From the NCBI GenBank assembly GCA_005191425.1, contig SUPR01000002.1, forward strand, positions 2,453 to 66,452: a stretch of DNA of 64,000 nucleotides. The letters are read 5' to 3'. Positions 30,864-41,886 of this stretch are shown one piece after another. How positions within the stretch are numbered: the stretch's first letter is position 1; each line of letters begins with the position of its first letter. The notes beneath the pieces are model-generated. The model saw only the letters and a list, made by a program, of their open reading frames with translations. It was not told the DNA's origin and did not search any database. A program made the translations under genes and the position numbers. Source of the stretch: Candidatus Helarchaeota ASGARD archaeon Hel_GB_B (GTDB lineage: Archaea; Asgardarchaeota; Lokiarchaeia; Helarchaeales; HEL-GB-B).

Positions 30864-32761
30864 AATTCTTTGGATATACTGGCAAAATACTTAAAATAGA
30901 CTTGACAGATAATGAGTTTCAAATAATATCTTTAGACGAAAATGATGTTAACGAATATATTGGTGGTATTGGGATAAATACGAAACTATTAGCAGATAAT
31001 TTAAATCCAAACATAGACCCACTTTCTCTTGATAATGTTATAATAATTGGTACAGGCCCATTAGTAGGTACCATAGTACCGGGCGCATCAAGGACAGTAG
31101 GTACTACAAAATTTCCTGCATCAAATGCTATTACATCTGTTTGTGGAAGTTCTGCTTTTGGGATGAATTTAAAATTAGCTGGCTATGACCATATAATAAT
31201 TACAGGGGGTTCCGAGAACCTTATATATATTGAAATTTCTGATAAAAAAATCAAATTACATGATGCATCTAAATTACAAGGTAAGGACATTGTTGAAACA
31301 ACAGACTATTTAAAATCAAAAAATGGAGATTGTAGCGTAATTACTAATGGAACTGCCGGTGAAAACTTAGTAAAATTTGCAATGGCTTCAATTGATAAAG
31401 TTTCTACATTTGGGCGGGCCGGATTAGGTGCTATTATGGGCTCAAAAAAATTAAAAGCAATTGTTGCAAAAGGGAAATCTGGGGTTAAAATTGCCAAGCC
31501 AAAACAATTTTGGGAATTATATAATAAGTTAATAAACCGGATCAAAAATTATTCGCATTTAAAGGAGTGGCAAAAATTAGGACAACTTAAAACTGCACCA
31601 TTAGGAATGCTTTTTGCTGCTGTAGGCTGGAAACAGAAAATAAAGCAAAGTTCAAATAGAACTTATTTAAAAAAATTAAAAAAACGGAGAATAGCTTGTC
31701 CATCTTGTCCAATTGGTGACAAAGATGTTTTGGAAATAAAAGAAGGTAAATTTAAAGGATTAATAAATTATACATCATCAGCCTTAAACGATTTTTTATT
31801 GTTTTTCCTAGAAGACATATCTTCTTATGAAGAAGCTGTAAAGGCATTTGATGTTATTGATAGGACTGGCCTCGATGCATTAACAATGACTCAATATCTG
31901 GAATTTTGTACTGATTTATATAGAAAAGGCGTTATTTCAGAAAAAGAAACAGGAATTCAATGGAAAAAAGATTTCGAAACTCTTATGAAAGTTTGTAAAA
32001 TGGTTATAAAAAGAGAAGGGTTTGGTAAAATCTTGGCAGATGGTTGGAAAAAATTATCTGAGGTTTATAATGATTATGAGAAAGACATGTTAATAGTAAA
32101 AGGAGTCGAACAAGTTTTTGATCCTAGGATAATGCGCCTTGGGACAATGGAATTTGAGCAAGTAGTGAACCCAAAAGGAGCTCATGTCGCAAGTGGTGGT
32201 TCTCCTACTTACTTTTCTCCAGGAAGACCTTTAGAATCTTTTAAAACGCATTTTTATCGTATGGGCATACCTGAAAATGCAATGTCGAGACTTTTTTCTC
32301 CTCCACTCCCAAATATGGGAATTAATATTGGTAGACTGACCCGGTATTCCGAAGATTGGTATACAGTCTTGACTTCTCTTGGTATATGCGCTAGGGCTCA
32401 AATTAACCGCTTTTACAGTTTAAAATTAGCGACTGAATTTTATCAAACAGTAACTGGCTTAGAAAAAAATGAAGAGGACCTAAGAAAATCCGCTGAAAGA
32501 ACTTGGAATCTTATGAAATTATTAAATGTCAAAGTAGGTTTTGATCGGTCTCAAGATAAATTTCCTCCCGCGTGGTTTAAACCACTTTTAATGGGTAACG
32601 CAGAATTAAAATTAATGGATTTCTATGCAGGAATTGAGATTACTCCAGAAATTGCAGAAAAACTAATTGATGATTATTATGATGAAAGAGGATGGGATAT
32701 TAAAAGAGGAATTCCTAGGAAAGAAAAAATCGAAGAATTAAACTTATCAAAATATATTTAA
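30860..32761 (+). CDS. aor: Tungsten-containing aldehyde:ferredoxin oxidoreductase (AOR family)
   Basis: N-terminal GKILKIDLTDNEF...YIGGIGINTKLL is typical of the AOR N-terminal domain. ~630 aa. Confidence 0.85.
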   Translation: MKFFGYTGKILKIDLTDNEFQIISLDENDVNEYIGGIGINTKLLADNLNPNIDPLSLDNVIIIGTGPLVGTIVPGASRTVGTTKFPASNAITSVCGSSAFGMNLKLAGYDHIIITGGSENLIYIEISDKKIKLHDASKLQGKDIVETTDYLKSKNGDCSVITNGTAGENLVKFAMASIDKVSTFGRAGLGAIMGSKKLKAIVAKGKSGVKIAKPKQFWELYNKLINRIKNYSHLKEWQKLGQLKTAPLGMLFAAVGWKQKIKQSSNRTYLKKLKKRRIACPSCPIGDKDVLEIKEGKFKGLINYTSSALNDFLLFFLEDISSYEEAVKAFDVIDRTGLDALTMTQYLEFCTDLYRKGVISEKETGIQWKKDFETLMKVCKMVIKREGFGKILADGWKKLSEVYNDYEKDMLIVKGVEQVFDPRIMRLGTMEFEQVVNPKGAHVASGGSPTYFSPGRPLESFKTHFYRMGIPENAMSRLFSPPLPNMGINIGRLTRYSEDWYTVLTSLGICARAQINRFYSLKLATEFYQTVTGLEKNEEDLRKSAERTWNLMKLLNVKVGFDRSQDKFPPAWFKPLLMGNAELKLMDFYAGIEITPEIAEKLIDDYYDERGWDIKRGIPRKEKIEELNLSKYI

Positions 32762-32986
32762 TTACTTTTTTAATTAAATTTGAAAGAATTAATGCTTATT
32801 GAACTTTTTTAATATAATTTATCAAACAATAAAATAAAATTTATTTGAAAATAATAGATAGGAATTCCAACTTTATAAATAAGCGTCCACTTTACCAATT
32901 TATTCTGATACTATACCTATTCGACATTCTATTGGTTTAAAATTCGAGTTAAATTTTTAATTTTTAATCTTTAACCTTTTTTGTGT

Positions 32987-33823
32987 TTAATAGATTAGAA
33001 TTTGTTGCACAATTAATACAAGTGTAAAAACAATCAGAATAATCCCTACTAATAAATTCAATATTCGTTCAGACACTTTATGAACAATAAAAGAGCTAAT
33101 TAATGTTCCACAAATAGCCGCAATCCCAAATATAAAAATGCCAAAATAAACTACATCTACAGGTGAATAGGAAATATATGGGATATTTGCCATTAAAGAA
33201 ACGATAAACATATAAAAAACCCCAGTCCCAGTAGCTCTTCTTGTCTTCATTTGATATATAATTATTAATCCAGTTGTAATGACCATTCCACCACCTACAC
33301 CAAGCAACCCTGCGAGAAATCCATATATTATAGACAGGCCAAAAATAATCGCAATCTTTAATTTTCCAGAAGAAAAGAACTCTGATAATGATTTAAATTG
33401 ATTAATGTAGATGTCTTCCTTTAAATCTTTCTTCGTTTTAAATCCTTTATTAATAAAAAAGATTGCAATTCCTATTAAAATTAATATATATATAATTTTC
33501 ATTGTCCCCCCAAGTGTGACTAAATAATTAAATGTGATAAATGACCCCAAGTATGAAGCTAATCCTCCTGTTATACCCAAAACAATTGACAATTTATATT
33601 CTATAATTTTTCGTTTTCCATAAATAATTGACAAAATCATTGTATCGATAAAATCAATTAATAAAGAGGAACCAATTGCAATTAAAAGATTTACTCCAAA
33701 CATGATAAATAATAAAGGTACAATTATCGCATTTGCTGTCTGACCGACTACTCCAGTGGATATTCCTATTAATATTCCAATTGGAATAGCTATTCCTATC
33801 AATATTAAACTATTTATTTCCAT
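32987..33823 (-). CDS. TauE/SafE (DUF81) family membrane transporter
   Basis: Two repeated four-TM halves with Gly-rich helices (GISTGVVGQ..., GLLGVGGGMV). Confidence 0.6.
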   Translation of the reverse strand: MEINSLILIGIAIPIGILIGISTGVVGQTANAIIVPLLFIMFGVNLLIAIGSSLLIDFIDTMILSIIYGKRKIIEYKLSIVLGITGGLASYLGSFITFNYLVTLGGTMKIIYILILIGIAIFFINKGFKTKKDLKEDIYINQFKSLSEFFSSGKLKIAIIFGLSIIYGFLAGLLGVGGGMVITTGLIIIYQMKTRRATGTGVFYMFIVSLMANIPYISYSPVDVVYFGIFIFGIAAICGTLISSFIVHKVSERILNLLVGIILIVFTLVLIVQQILIY

Positions 33824-34199
33824 AATAATCTATCGAAAAAATAATTATATTCAAAACCGATCTTATTATTAATTAATTTTCTGGTTTTGAAACCATTTTT
33901 TAAAAAAGGGTATTTTACTCTAAAATTTAATTTTTATTTTAATATTAGAGATTTAATGTTAATCTCATAATTTGATAAATTTTTTCAAGTAAAAAACATA
34001 TTGCTAGAATATATCATTTATCTTGTATATCTAATAGTAAAGTATTTTTATAATAATAAATAAATTAAAGAATTATTATGGAAATTAATCACATTTTAAA
34101 CTAATACTTATTTATAAACTGGATTTTAAAGATATTGTTAAGAAAATATTTTAATTATTATAATAATAAAGGAAATAAATGGAAAAAAATAAGATAATA

Positions 34200-34330
34200 T
34201 GGACCGGCCGGGAATTTCGTCTAAGTCCACAAAGAAATCCAAACGAATTTCATTTTTTTAGAGGACTAAATTTCGAACCCGGGGCCTCCAGATTGCAAGT
34301 CTGACGATCTACCAACTGATCTACCGGCCC
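34200..34330 (-). tRNA. tRNA-Ala (anticodon UGC) interrupted by a ~58-nt intron inside the T-loop (between positions 59/60)
   Basis: Minus strand reads GGGCCGG-TA-GATC-AGTTGGTA-GATC-G-TCAGA-CTTGCAA-TCTGG-AGGCC-CCGGG-TTCGAA[58 nt]T-CCCGG-CCGGTCC-A. The G3:U70 pair is the alanine identity element. The intron contains a 5-bp internal helix (AGTCC/GGACT). Confidence 0.75.
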
Positions 34331-34570
34331 TTTTTCTATTTTTCAATTAAAATGTTAAAACATTAATCTAATTCATTTATATTACTAAAAGTTTTTAAGT
34401 TTTTACATTATAAAAATTTTTTGTTATTATTTTAGATGATAATTACTATAATTTACAAAAAATGAAATTAAATAAATAAAAAAAGATTTTGATATATTGA
34501 AAACCAAATCTGAAATAATTTCCACAAAAATTTTTAGATATAGCTCATTATTAAAATTGGTGCCTATCAA

Positions 34571-36913
34571 ATGAAAATCGGTGTTTTTATTTGTCATTGC
34601 GGTACTAATATCGCTGGAGTAGTTGATATAGATAGAGTTAAAGAAGAATTAATGGGTTATCCCGATATAGTTATTTTTGATAATCCATATATTTGTTCCA
34701 AAACAGGTCTTTTAGATTTAAAAGAGAAAATTAAACAACATCAATTAGACCGTATTGTAATAGCTGCATGTTCTCCTAAAATGCATGGTAATTTATTTCA
34801 AGACTTATTAAATGAAATTGGAATTAATCGGTTTCTTCTAGAAATAGCAAATATCCGCGAACAAGATTCGTGGGTTCATCATAGTCATCCTGAAGCTGCT
34901 ACAATTAAAGCAATTGATATTATTAAAATGGCTGTTGAAAAAGTTAAAAAATTAGAGCCATTAAAAAGAATCAAAATACAAACAGAGAACCAAGCTCTTG
35001 TAATTGGTGGAGGAATAGCTGGGATAACTGCATCCTTAAAATTAGCAAATTTGGGAATTAAAGTATATTTAGTTGAGAAGAGTCCAAGTATCGGCGGACA
35101 TATGGCAGAATATGATAAAACTTTCCCAACAATGGACTGCGCCATTTGTATATTAGCTCCCCTTATGAGTGAAGTCTCTACAAACCCAAGAATTGAAGTC
35201 CTCGATTATTCTGAAGTTGTCGAGGTAAAAGGTCAAGTGGGTAATTTTGAAGTTACTGTTGAAAAAAAGCCTAGATTTATCGACCCGACCAAATGTATAT
35301 CTGGTTGTATAGAAGACTGTAGTTCTAATTGTCCTATAGAAATTCCTAATGTCTTTAATAGATTTGGTACAAACAAGGCTATTTATATTTCATTTCCGCA
35401 AGCAGTACCATTAATGGCAGCTATTGATAACAATTATTGTATTGGTTGTAGGAGCTGTCAGACATTTTGTAAAAGAGAAGCTATTAATTTTTATCAAGAA
35501 CCCGAGCAAATTAAAATAAAAGTGGGAGTAATTATTGCTGCCATTGGGTTTGAGCCATACGACCCAACTCCACTCGAAGAATATGGATATTCAAGGTACA
35601 AAAATGTTATCACTTCTATTGAATTAGAGCGAATCCTATCACCTTTTGGCCCAACTAAAGGTAAATTATTGAGGCCTTCGGATGGGAAACCTATTAAGAG
35701 AGTTGCATTTATACAGTGTGTAGGAAGCAGAAATGAACAAATTGGACGATTACATTGTTCTGGCGTGTGTTGTATGTCTACTATTAAAGAATCTATTCAA
35801 ATAAAAACAAGAATTCCTGATGCAAATATATCTGTTTTTTATATTGATATCCGGACATATGGAAAAGGTTTTGAAGAATTTTACGAAAATTCACAAGTCA
35901 AATATAATATAAATTATATAAGAGGTAGAGTTGCTGAAATTTACGAAGACCCAACCACTCAAAATTTAATCCTTAGAGCAGAAGACACAAATTTATGCTC
36001 TTTAGTTGAGCTTGAATTTGACTTGGTCGTCCTAGCTATTGGAATAGACCCTCCAAAAGATATTGATAAATTGACTAACATACTAAATATTTCAAAATCA
36101 TCAGATGGTTTTTTTCAAGCAAGACACCCAAAACTAAGGCCGGAAGAGTCGACTCTTCAAGGTGTATATTTAGCAGGATGTGCACATGGACCTAAAAATA
36201 TTCATGAAACTGTTATTCATGCAAAAGCAGCGGCGGTTGAATCTGCGTCCATTATTCAAAAAGGAGAAATAATGATCGATCCAATTGCCTCTAAAATTGA
36301 CTATGAAAAATGTATTAATTGTAAATTATGCATGAAAGTCTGTGATTCTAAAGCTATTCGGGAAATAGATAAGAAAATTGTTATTAATGAAGCCAATTGC
36401 CTTGGTTGTGGTGCATGTGCAGCTGCATGTCCAACTGGTGCATTAAACATCCCCAATTTTACTAATGAACAAATAATATCCCAAATTTCTGCATTAAAAA
36501 AGAGTGATTATCCCTATATTGTAGGTTTTTTCTGCAACTGGTGTGCCTATAATGCAGCCGATTTAGCAGGGGTTATGAGAGTAGAATATCCACCAAACCT
36601 TAGAATTGTTCGCGTGATGTGCGCCAGTATGGTAAGTCCTAAATATATAATTGAAGCATTTCAGAATGGTGCAGACGGTGTTTTGGTCGTTGGTTGTTAT
36701 GAAAATGATTGTCATTATCGTACTGGATTTACAAAAGCATTACATCGAATAAAAATTATGAAAGAAATGTTGAACCAATTTGGTATTAATAATAAAAGAC
36801 TAAAGATCGACAGTGCCAGCGCAAGTGAAGGAATAAAAATTAAGGAGATAGTAGAGAATTTTATTAATGAAATAAAAGATTTAGGGCCGATAGGCACTGA
36901 AATTATAAAATGA
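34571..36913 (+). CDS. hdrA: Heterodisulfide reductase subunit A fused to a C-terminal MvhD domain (HdrA2-type)
   Basis: N-terminal IGVFICHCGTNI, plus RIVIAACSPKMHG, EIANIREQDSWVHH and KSPSIGGHMAEYDKTFPTMDCAICILAP, all typical of HdrA. C-terminal FFCNWCAYNAADLAGV...VVGCYENDCHY is the MvhD/FlpD domain. Confidence 0.85.
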   Translation: MKIGVFICHCGTNIAGVVDIDRVKEELMGYPDIVIFDNPYICSKTGLLDLKEKIKQHQLDRIVIAACSPKMHGNLFQDLLNEIGINRFLLEIANIREQDSWVHHSHPEAATIKAIDIIKMAVEKVKKLEPLKRIKIQTENQALVIGGGIAGITASLKLANLGIKVYLVEKSPSIGGHMAEYDKTFPTMDCAICILAPLMSEVSTNPRIEVLDYSEVVEVKGQVGNFEVTVEKKPRFIDPTKCISGCIEDCSSNCPIEIPNVFNRFGTNKAIYISFPQAVPLMAAIDNNYCIGCRSCQTFCKREAINFYQEPEQIKIKVGVIIAAIGFEPYDPTPLEEYGYSRYKNVITSIELERILSPFGPTKGKLLRPSDGKPIKRVAFIQCVGSRNEQIGRLHCSGVCCMSTIKESIQIKTRIPDANISVFYIDIRTYGKGFEEFYENSQVKYNINYIRGRVAEIYEDPTTQNLILRAEDTNLCSLVELEFDLVVLAIGIDPPKDIDKLTNILNISKSSDGFFQARHPKLRPEESTLQGVYLAGCAHGPKNIHETVIHAKAAAVESASIIQKGEIMIDPIASKIDYEKCINCKLCMKVCDSKAIREIDKKIVINEANCLGCGACAAACPTGALNIPNFTNEQIISQISALKKSDYPYIVGFFCNWCAYNAADLAGVMRVEYPPNLRIVRVMCASMVSPKYIIEAFQNGADGVLVVGCYENDCHYRTGFTKALHRIKIMKEMLNQFGINNKRLKIDSASASEGIKIKEIVENFINEIKDLGPIGTEIIK

Positions 36914-36923
36914 GGTATTAAAA

Positions 36924-38264
36924 ATGGCTGAACCAGAAATAACTGAAGAAACAATTTCCAAAAGTATGGAAGTTACAGATAAAATGGAATTCATCTATAA
37001 ATATAAAACTGAAGGACTTGAAAAAACATTAAAATATATACCAAATTTATGTACTGGATGCGGAATTTGTGTGGATATATGTCCTGTTGAAGCAATTGAA
37101 TTAGGGCCTATAACTGAAATAGCGACTGGTGAAATTGATGCTCCTTATATTCTAATTGACCAAAATAAATGTGAATATTGTGGAATTTGTACTCTCTGCC
37201 CATTAAATGCAATAGAATTTTCTTTTGACGAATTAAATATTAAAGACAGTGACGATTACCCAAAATTTGCGAGGTCTCACTTTCTTGATGAAGATAAATG
37301 TGTTAAATGTTTTTTATGCGAAGAAACTTGTCCACGAGAGGCAATCGAAGCGCAAATTACTGTAAAGAAAAAAGATGAACTTGTAATATATCCAGAAGGT
37401 GTATCTTTTAAAGATTTGAAAATAGAAGGGGATATTAAAATTGACTATGAAAAATGTACATATTGCAAATTGTGTGATAAATTATGTGATGCTTTAGAAA
37501 TTGTTCCTGGAAACCAATCACCATTAAATATCTACGCTGGAAAACGAATTGAAATTTATTTAAGTGAATGCGACTATTGCGGATTATGTGAAAAAATTTG
37601 TCCGGTAGATGCAATAAAAGTAAATTGCAATACACAAGTTGAACGAGAAATAAAAGATATTTCAGTTGAAGGTAAAATTATAGTCGATGAAGAAAAATGT
37701 ATTTATTGTAATTGGTGTGGAAATGTCTGTTTTGTAGATGCAATAAAAGTCGAAAAAGAATTTGAGGGAGAAATTACTTTACAGCGACTAGAATTTTGTG
37801 ACCCATTAGGGTGTCAGGCATGTATCAAAATTTGCCCAACAAAATCTTGGTATATACCTCAAGAAAAATCCGAAAAGATAGCGGTAGATGAAAAATTCTG
37901 TATTTATTGTGGTTCATGTGAATTGGCATGCCCTGAAAATTGTATAATCGTGGACAGAAATGTTGTAAAATACAAAGAATTTAATCAGAATACACCTTGG
38001 GCTAATTCTTGGCTTAAAGCATTAAAAATAATCGAAGAATCAAAAAAAGTTGAGATGGAATTAAAGTCAATCCCTATTGAACAAAAAGAAGAGGTTAAAA
38101 AGACCACAAAAAAGATTGAAAAAATACCTCAAGTAGCACCAGAAATCTGGGAAAAATTCCAGGCGAAATTAAATAATTTAAATGAAATTTTAGGTAAAGC
38201 CCCTGTGAGATATTATATGGAAGGTAAAAAAGAAAAAAAGCCCAAAATTTTGACCCAGAATTAA
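36924..38264 (+). CDS. Polyferredoxin (about eight CxxCxxCxxxCP [4Fe-4S] motifs), MvhB-like
   Basis: Repeated CTGCGICVDICP, CEYCGICTLCP, CVKCFLCEETCP, CIYCNWCGNVC and further CxxC motifs. Lies immediately downstream of hdrA. Confidence 0.75.
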   Translation: MAEPEITEETISKSMEVTDKMEFIYKYKTEGLEKTLKYIPNLCTGCGICVDICPVEAIELGPITEIATGEIDAPYILIDQNKCEYCGICTLCPLNAIEFSFDELNIKDSDDYPKFARSHFLDEDKCVKCFLCEETCPREAIEAQITVKKKDELVIYPEGVSFKDLKIEGDIKIDYEKCTYCKLCDKLCDALEIVPGNQSPLNIYAGKRIEIYLSECDYCGLCEKICPVDAIKVNCNTQVEREIKDISVEGKIIVDEEKCIYCNWCGNVCFVDAIKVEKEFEGEITLQRLEFCDPLGCQACIKICPTKSWYIPQEKSEKIAVDEKFCIYCGSCELACPENCIIVDRNVVKYKEFNQNTPWANSWLKALKIIEESKKVEMELKSIPIEQKEEVKKTTKKIEKIPQVAPEIWEKFQAKLNNLNEILGKAPVRYYMEGKKEKKPKILTQN

Positions 38265-38278
38265 TTTGTTGATCTCTT

Positions 38279-38797
38279 ATGGCAAATGATGGTGAATATT
38301 GTTTTAACCACTGCAATGGATATTGTTGTACAAAATACACCGTATTAATCACTACTGAAGATATTAAAAGAATATTGGAAAATACACCCTTAAAACCCAC
38401 ACAATTTTTAACATTATATTATGTAAACGAAGAAATTTTAAAGTTATTCCCTAAAATTACCTTGGCATCTGAAGATATTGTATTGGGCTTACGGCAAAGA
38501 CCAGATGGGTCTTGTATTTTTTATTTAAAAGAGCTGGGTTTATGTGGAATTCACCTCTATAAACCAATGGTCTGTCGAACATATCCATTTACATTGAATG
38601 ATAAGGGTCAATTAATAAGACTTGAAAATATTTGCCCTGGAGAATGGTACCCAAAAAATATTGAGGACTTAAAAGACCAAATTCGGCAAGCATGGTATGA
38701 AATGGAAATAAATAAAAAGAAAATAGAAATGTGGAATAAAAAAAATTCTGACCTAGGTTTTAATGATCTAATTAAATTTATTTTAAAAGATATCTGA
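38279..38797 (+). CDS. Putative Fe-S/zinc-binding protein with N-terminal Cx3Cx3CC cluster (YkgJ/UPF0153-like)
   Basis: CFNHCNGYCC near the N-terminus and additional Cys (CGIHLYKPMVC). Confidence 0.35.
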   Translation: MANDGEYCFNHCNGYCCTKYTVLITTEDIKRILENTPLKPTQFLTLYYVNEEILKLFPKITLASEDIVLGLRQRPDGSCIFYLKELGLCGIHLYKPMVCRTYPFTLNDKGQLIRLENICPGEWYPKNIEDLKDQIRQAWYEMEINKKKIEMWNKKNSDLGFNDLIKFILKDI

Positions 38798-38846
38798 AAA
38801 AAATTAGTATACACAATTGTATAAATATTTTAATCTTTAAGATTTG

Positions 38847-39101
38847 TTATACTAATAATTCTCGTTTATATTTTTCAGTTAATTCAATTCTGTTTTTATT
38901 TTTTACAATTCTACTTACATAAATTATTCCTAGAATTTCTAATTTAAAAAGAATTTGTTGTAGATCTTTCATTGTCATAAATTTATATTCATTTTTTAGT
39001 AAATTCAATAATTCTTGGTCTGTTATAACTCCTTTATTTTTTAATAAAGCAAAAATTATCGAATCTTTGATTGGTGTTGGGTTCCATAATCCATTATTCA
39101 T
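38847..39101 (-). CDS. Hypothetical small protein (84 aa), possibly winged-helix-like
   Basis: Supported by the ORF only. Confidence 0.2.
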   Translation of the reverse strand: MNNGLWNPTPIKDSIIFALLKNKGVITDQELLNLLKNEYKFMTMKDLQQILFKLEILGIIYVSRIVKNKNRIELTEKYKRELLV

Positions 39102-39137
39102 AATTGGGCCTCCTTTTAATGTTTATATTTGAATAAA

Positions 39138-41336
39138 TTATGTATATGGCATGTGTTTTTGAGGTCCGACTATCTGTCTAAACTGACTTTCCATATTGTC
39201 ATAAAACCTCTTCATTTCTGGAGTAATAGTCGGGTGTATTTTTTTCATTGCCTTTTTAAAATGTTTTAATGAAACTTTTTTAGCTTTTATGTCCTCTCTT
39301 AATGCAATTAGCCCAGCCTCATCACAGCAACCTTCGATATCACTTCCTGCAAACCCTTCCATTTCATGGGCTAAATCTTCAAGATTTACATCGTCATCAA
39401 GTGGCATTTCTTTTGTATATATTTTTAGTATTTCTAATCTTGCTTTTTCATCAGGTGCATCGACTTTAATTAATCTATCAATTCTTCCAGGTCTAATTAA
39501 TGCTGGATCTATAATGTCCAATCTATTAGTTGCTGCAACAATAACTACATCTCTTGATAAAGTTTCTAATCCATCTAATTCAGTTAAAAGTTGAGAAATT
39601 ACTCTGGTCGTGACATTTGAATCTCCAAACATCATTCCGCGTTTAGGCGTAATTGCATCAATTTCATCAAAAAATATTATTGCAGGTGATGCCATTCTAG
39701 CTTTTCTAAAAATTTCTCGAATAGCTTTTTCTGACTCTCCTACCCATTTACTTAATACTTCTGGGCCTTTAACACTAATAAAATTAGCTTCACTTTCGCT
39801 TGCTATTGCGCGGGCAAGTAACGTTTTTCCACACCCTGGTGGGCCAAATAGAAGTATTCCGCGAGGCGGTTTAATACCCATTCTCCCAAATACTTCAGGT
39901 TGTTGTAAGGGCCATTGGACTGCTTCGATTAATTCTTGTTTAACCTCTTCAAGTCCTCCTATATCTCTCCAATGAACATTTGGGACTTCAATTAAAACTT
40001 CTCGAATTGCGGATGGTGCAATTTCTTTTAGAGCACTTCTAAAATCTTCCATATTTACAAAAATTTTTTCTAAAATATCTGGAGGTATTTCCTCCTCATC
40101 AAGGTCTATTTCAGGTAAAAACCGTCGGAGCGCTTTCATAGCTGCTTCTCTACATAATGACATTAAATCTGCGCCAACAAAACCATGAGTCAGGTCAGCC
40201 ATTTCGTTTAAATCGACATCTTCTCTTAAAGGCATACCTCTAGTATGAATTTGTAATATTTCTAATCTACCATTTCTGTCTGGAACTCCAATTTCTATTT
40301 CTCTATCAAACCGTCCGGGCCGTCTTAAAGCTGGGTCAAGAGCATTTGGTCTATTTGTAGCTCCAATAACGACAACTTTACCTCTGGTACGTAGCCCGTC
40401 CATTAGCGCCAACAACTGAGCGACGACTCGTCTCTCGACTTCTCCTGTCACTTCTTCACGCTTAGGGGCTATAGCATCAAGTTCGTCAACAAAAATTATA
40501 CTAGGCGCATTTTTTTCAGCCTCATCAAATATACTTCTCAATCGTTTTTCAGACTCACCATAAAATTTACTCATTATTTCGGGCCCATTAATGGGAATAA
40601 AATGAGCTTCTGATTCATTTGCAACAGCTCTTACGAGTAAGGTTTTACCACAGCCTGGCGGGCCACGGAGTAAAACTCCTTTTGGTGGATCTATACCTAA
40701 TCTCTTAAATAATTCTGGATGTTTGAGCGGCAATTCGACCATTTCACGAATTCTCTGAATTTTATCGTCTAACCCGCCAATATCCTCATATGTAATAATT
40801 GGTATTCCTGTAGTCATTTCATCCATAGGTCGATCACTTACATGTAAGATAGTTGTGTTTTTTACAACTACAATTCCTCTAGGCCTAGTTGATACAATCT
40901 GAAATGGTACTTCACGGCTAATACCAATTGAAATTAAAATAGTATCTCCTTTTGTAAGTGGATAATTAAGTAATTTACGTTTAACAAAGCTTTCGACATA
41001 AGGATCAGCTCTAATTCTCACAGAAGTTGGGGCAAGGATCACGGATCTAGCAGTTTTTTCATTGGCTTTTTCTATTATTATTTTTTCCCCCAAACTGACA
41101 CCTGCATTTTTTCTCAATCGCCCGTCCATCCTTATTATTCCTCTTCCTTTATCTTCAGGAAATGCTGGCCATGATATCGCAGCTGTTGTTCTTTTACCTG
41201 TTATTGCTACAATATCACCTGTCCTTATATTTAATTGCTTCATTGTATCTCCATCAATCCTAACAATTGATCTTCCAACATCTCTCTGTTTAGCTTCTGC
41301 TACTCGAAGTTCAAATTTCTCCATTTTTATTCCCAA
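39138..41336 (-). CDS. cdc48: CDC48/VCP-like AAA+ ATPase (two AAA domains)
   Basis: Two Walker A motifs (GPPGCGKT twice) and two SRH regions. The N-terminal double-psi barrel is typical of CDC48. Confidence 0.9.
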   Translation of the reverse strand: MGIKMEKFELRVAEAKQRDVGRSIVRIDGDTMKQLNIRTGDIVAITGKRTTAAISWPAFPEDKGRGIIRMDGRLRKNAGVSLGEKIIIEKANEKTARSVILAPTSVRIRADPYVESFVKRKLLNYPLTKGDTILISIGISREVPFQIVSTRPRGIVVVKNTTILHVSDRPMDEMTTGIPIITYEDIGGLDDKIQRIREMVELPLKHPELFKRLGIDPPKGVLLRGPPGCGKTLLVRAVANESEAHFIPINGPEIMSKFYGESEKRLRSIFDEAEKNAPSIIFVDELDAIAPKREEVTGEVERRVVAQLLALMDGLRTRGKVVVIGATNRPNALDPALRRPGRFDREIEIGVPDRNGRLEILQIHTRGMPLREDVDLNEMADLTHGFVGADLMSLCREAAMKALRRFLPEIDLDEEEIPPDILEKIFVNMEDFRSALKEIAPSAIREVLIEVPNVHWRDIGGLEEVKQELIEAVQWPLQQPEVFGRMGIKPPRGILLFGPPGCGKTLLARAIASESEANFISVKGPEVLSKWVGESEKAIREIFRKARMASPAIIFFDEIDAITPKRGMMFGDSNVTTRVISQLLTELDGLETLSRDVVIVAATNRLDIIDPALIRPGRIDRLIKVDAPDEKARLEILKIYTKEMPLDDDVNLEDLAHEMEGFAGSDIEGCCDEAGLIALREDIKAKKVSLKHFKKAMKKIHPTITPEMKRFYDNMESQFRQIVGPQKHMPYT

Positions 41337-41409
41337 TATTGTTATTAATATTTAAATTTTTAATTAATTTAAAAAATTGGCTCTTTTTTATTGAAATTAA
41401 GGAGTTCAT

Positions 41410-41730
41410 TTAAATTTTATTAGTCCTAAACCTAATATTATTATCTTTTTCAATTTCATGTATAATTGGTTCTAACTCATCAGATGGAAAATTTTTATCA
41501 CATCTCACTAAATCTTCTTTAATTAATTCAATTAAATTTCTTATATTTACCACATCAAATTTTACATCTGTAATAATAAGACTAACTATATGCCCATTTT
41601 TATCAAGGTGGACTTCCACGTTATGTTCGTTTCTGTCCTCAATTTTTGAAAATAACATTTTAGTTATAGGATTATCATTTAAAATTATATGCAAAATTTC
41701 TCCGCGGATGATAATATTCATTTTTTTCAT
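41410..41730 (-). CDS. Hypothetical protein (106 aa)
   Basis: Supported by the ORF only. Confidence 0.2.
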   Translation of the reverse strand: MKKMNIIIRGEILHIILNDNPITKMLFSKIEDRNEHNVEVHLDKNGHIVSLIITDVKFDVVNIRNLIELIKEDLVRCDKNFPSDELEPIIHEIEKDNNIRFRTNKI

Positions 41731-41886
41731 TGGACTCCTTAACCATCATTTGTCTTAAATAAATTCAAGTATAATTATGTTTTATATTATAAAAATCTAA
41801 ACATTTTATAAATATTATATTTGTTTAGATTATTGGTAATAATTCGTATATAAAAAGTTTATAGAAAAAGTGAGAAAGACATAAAA

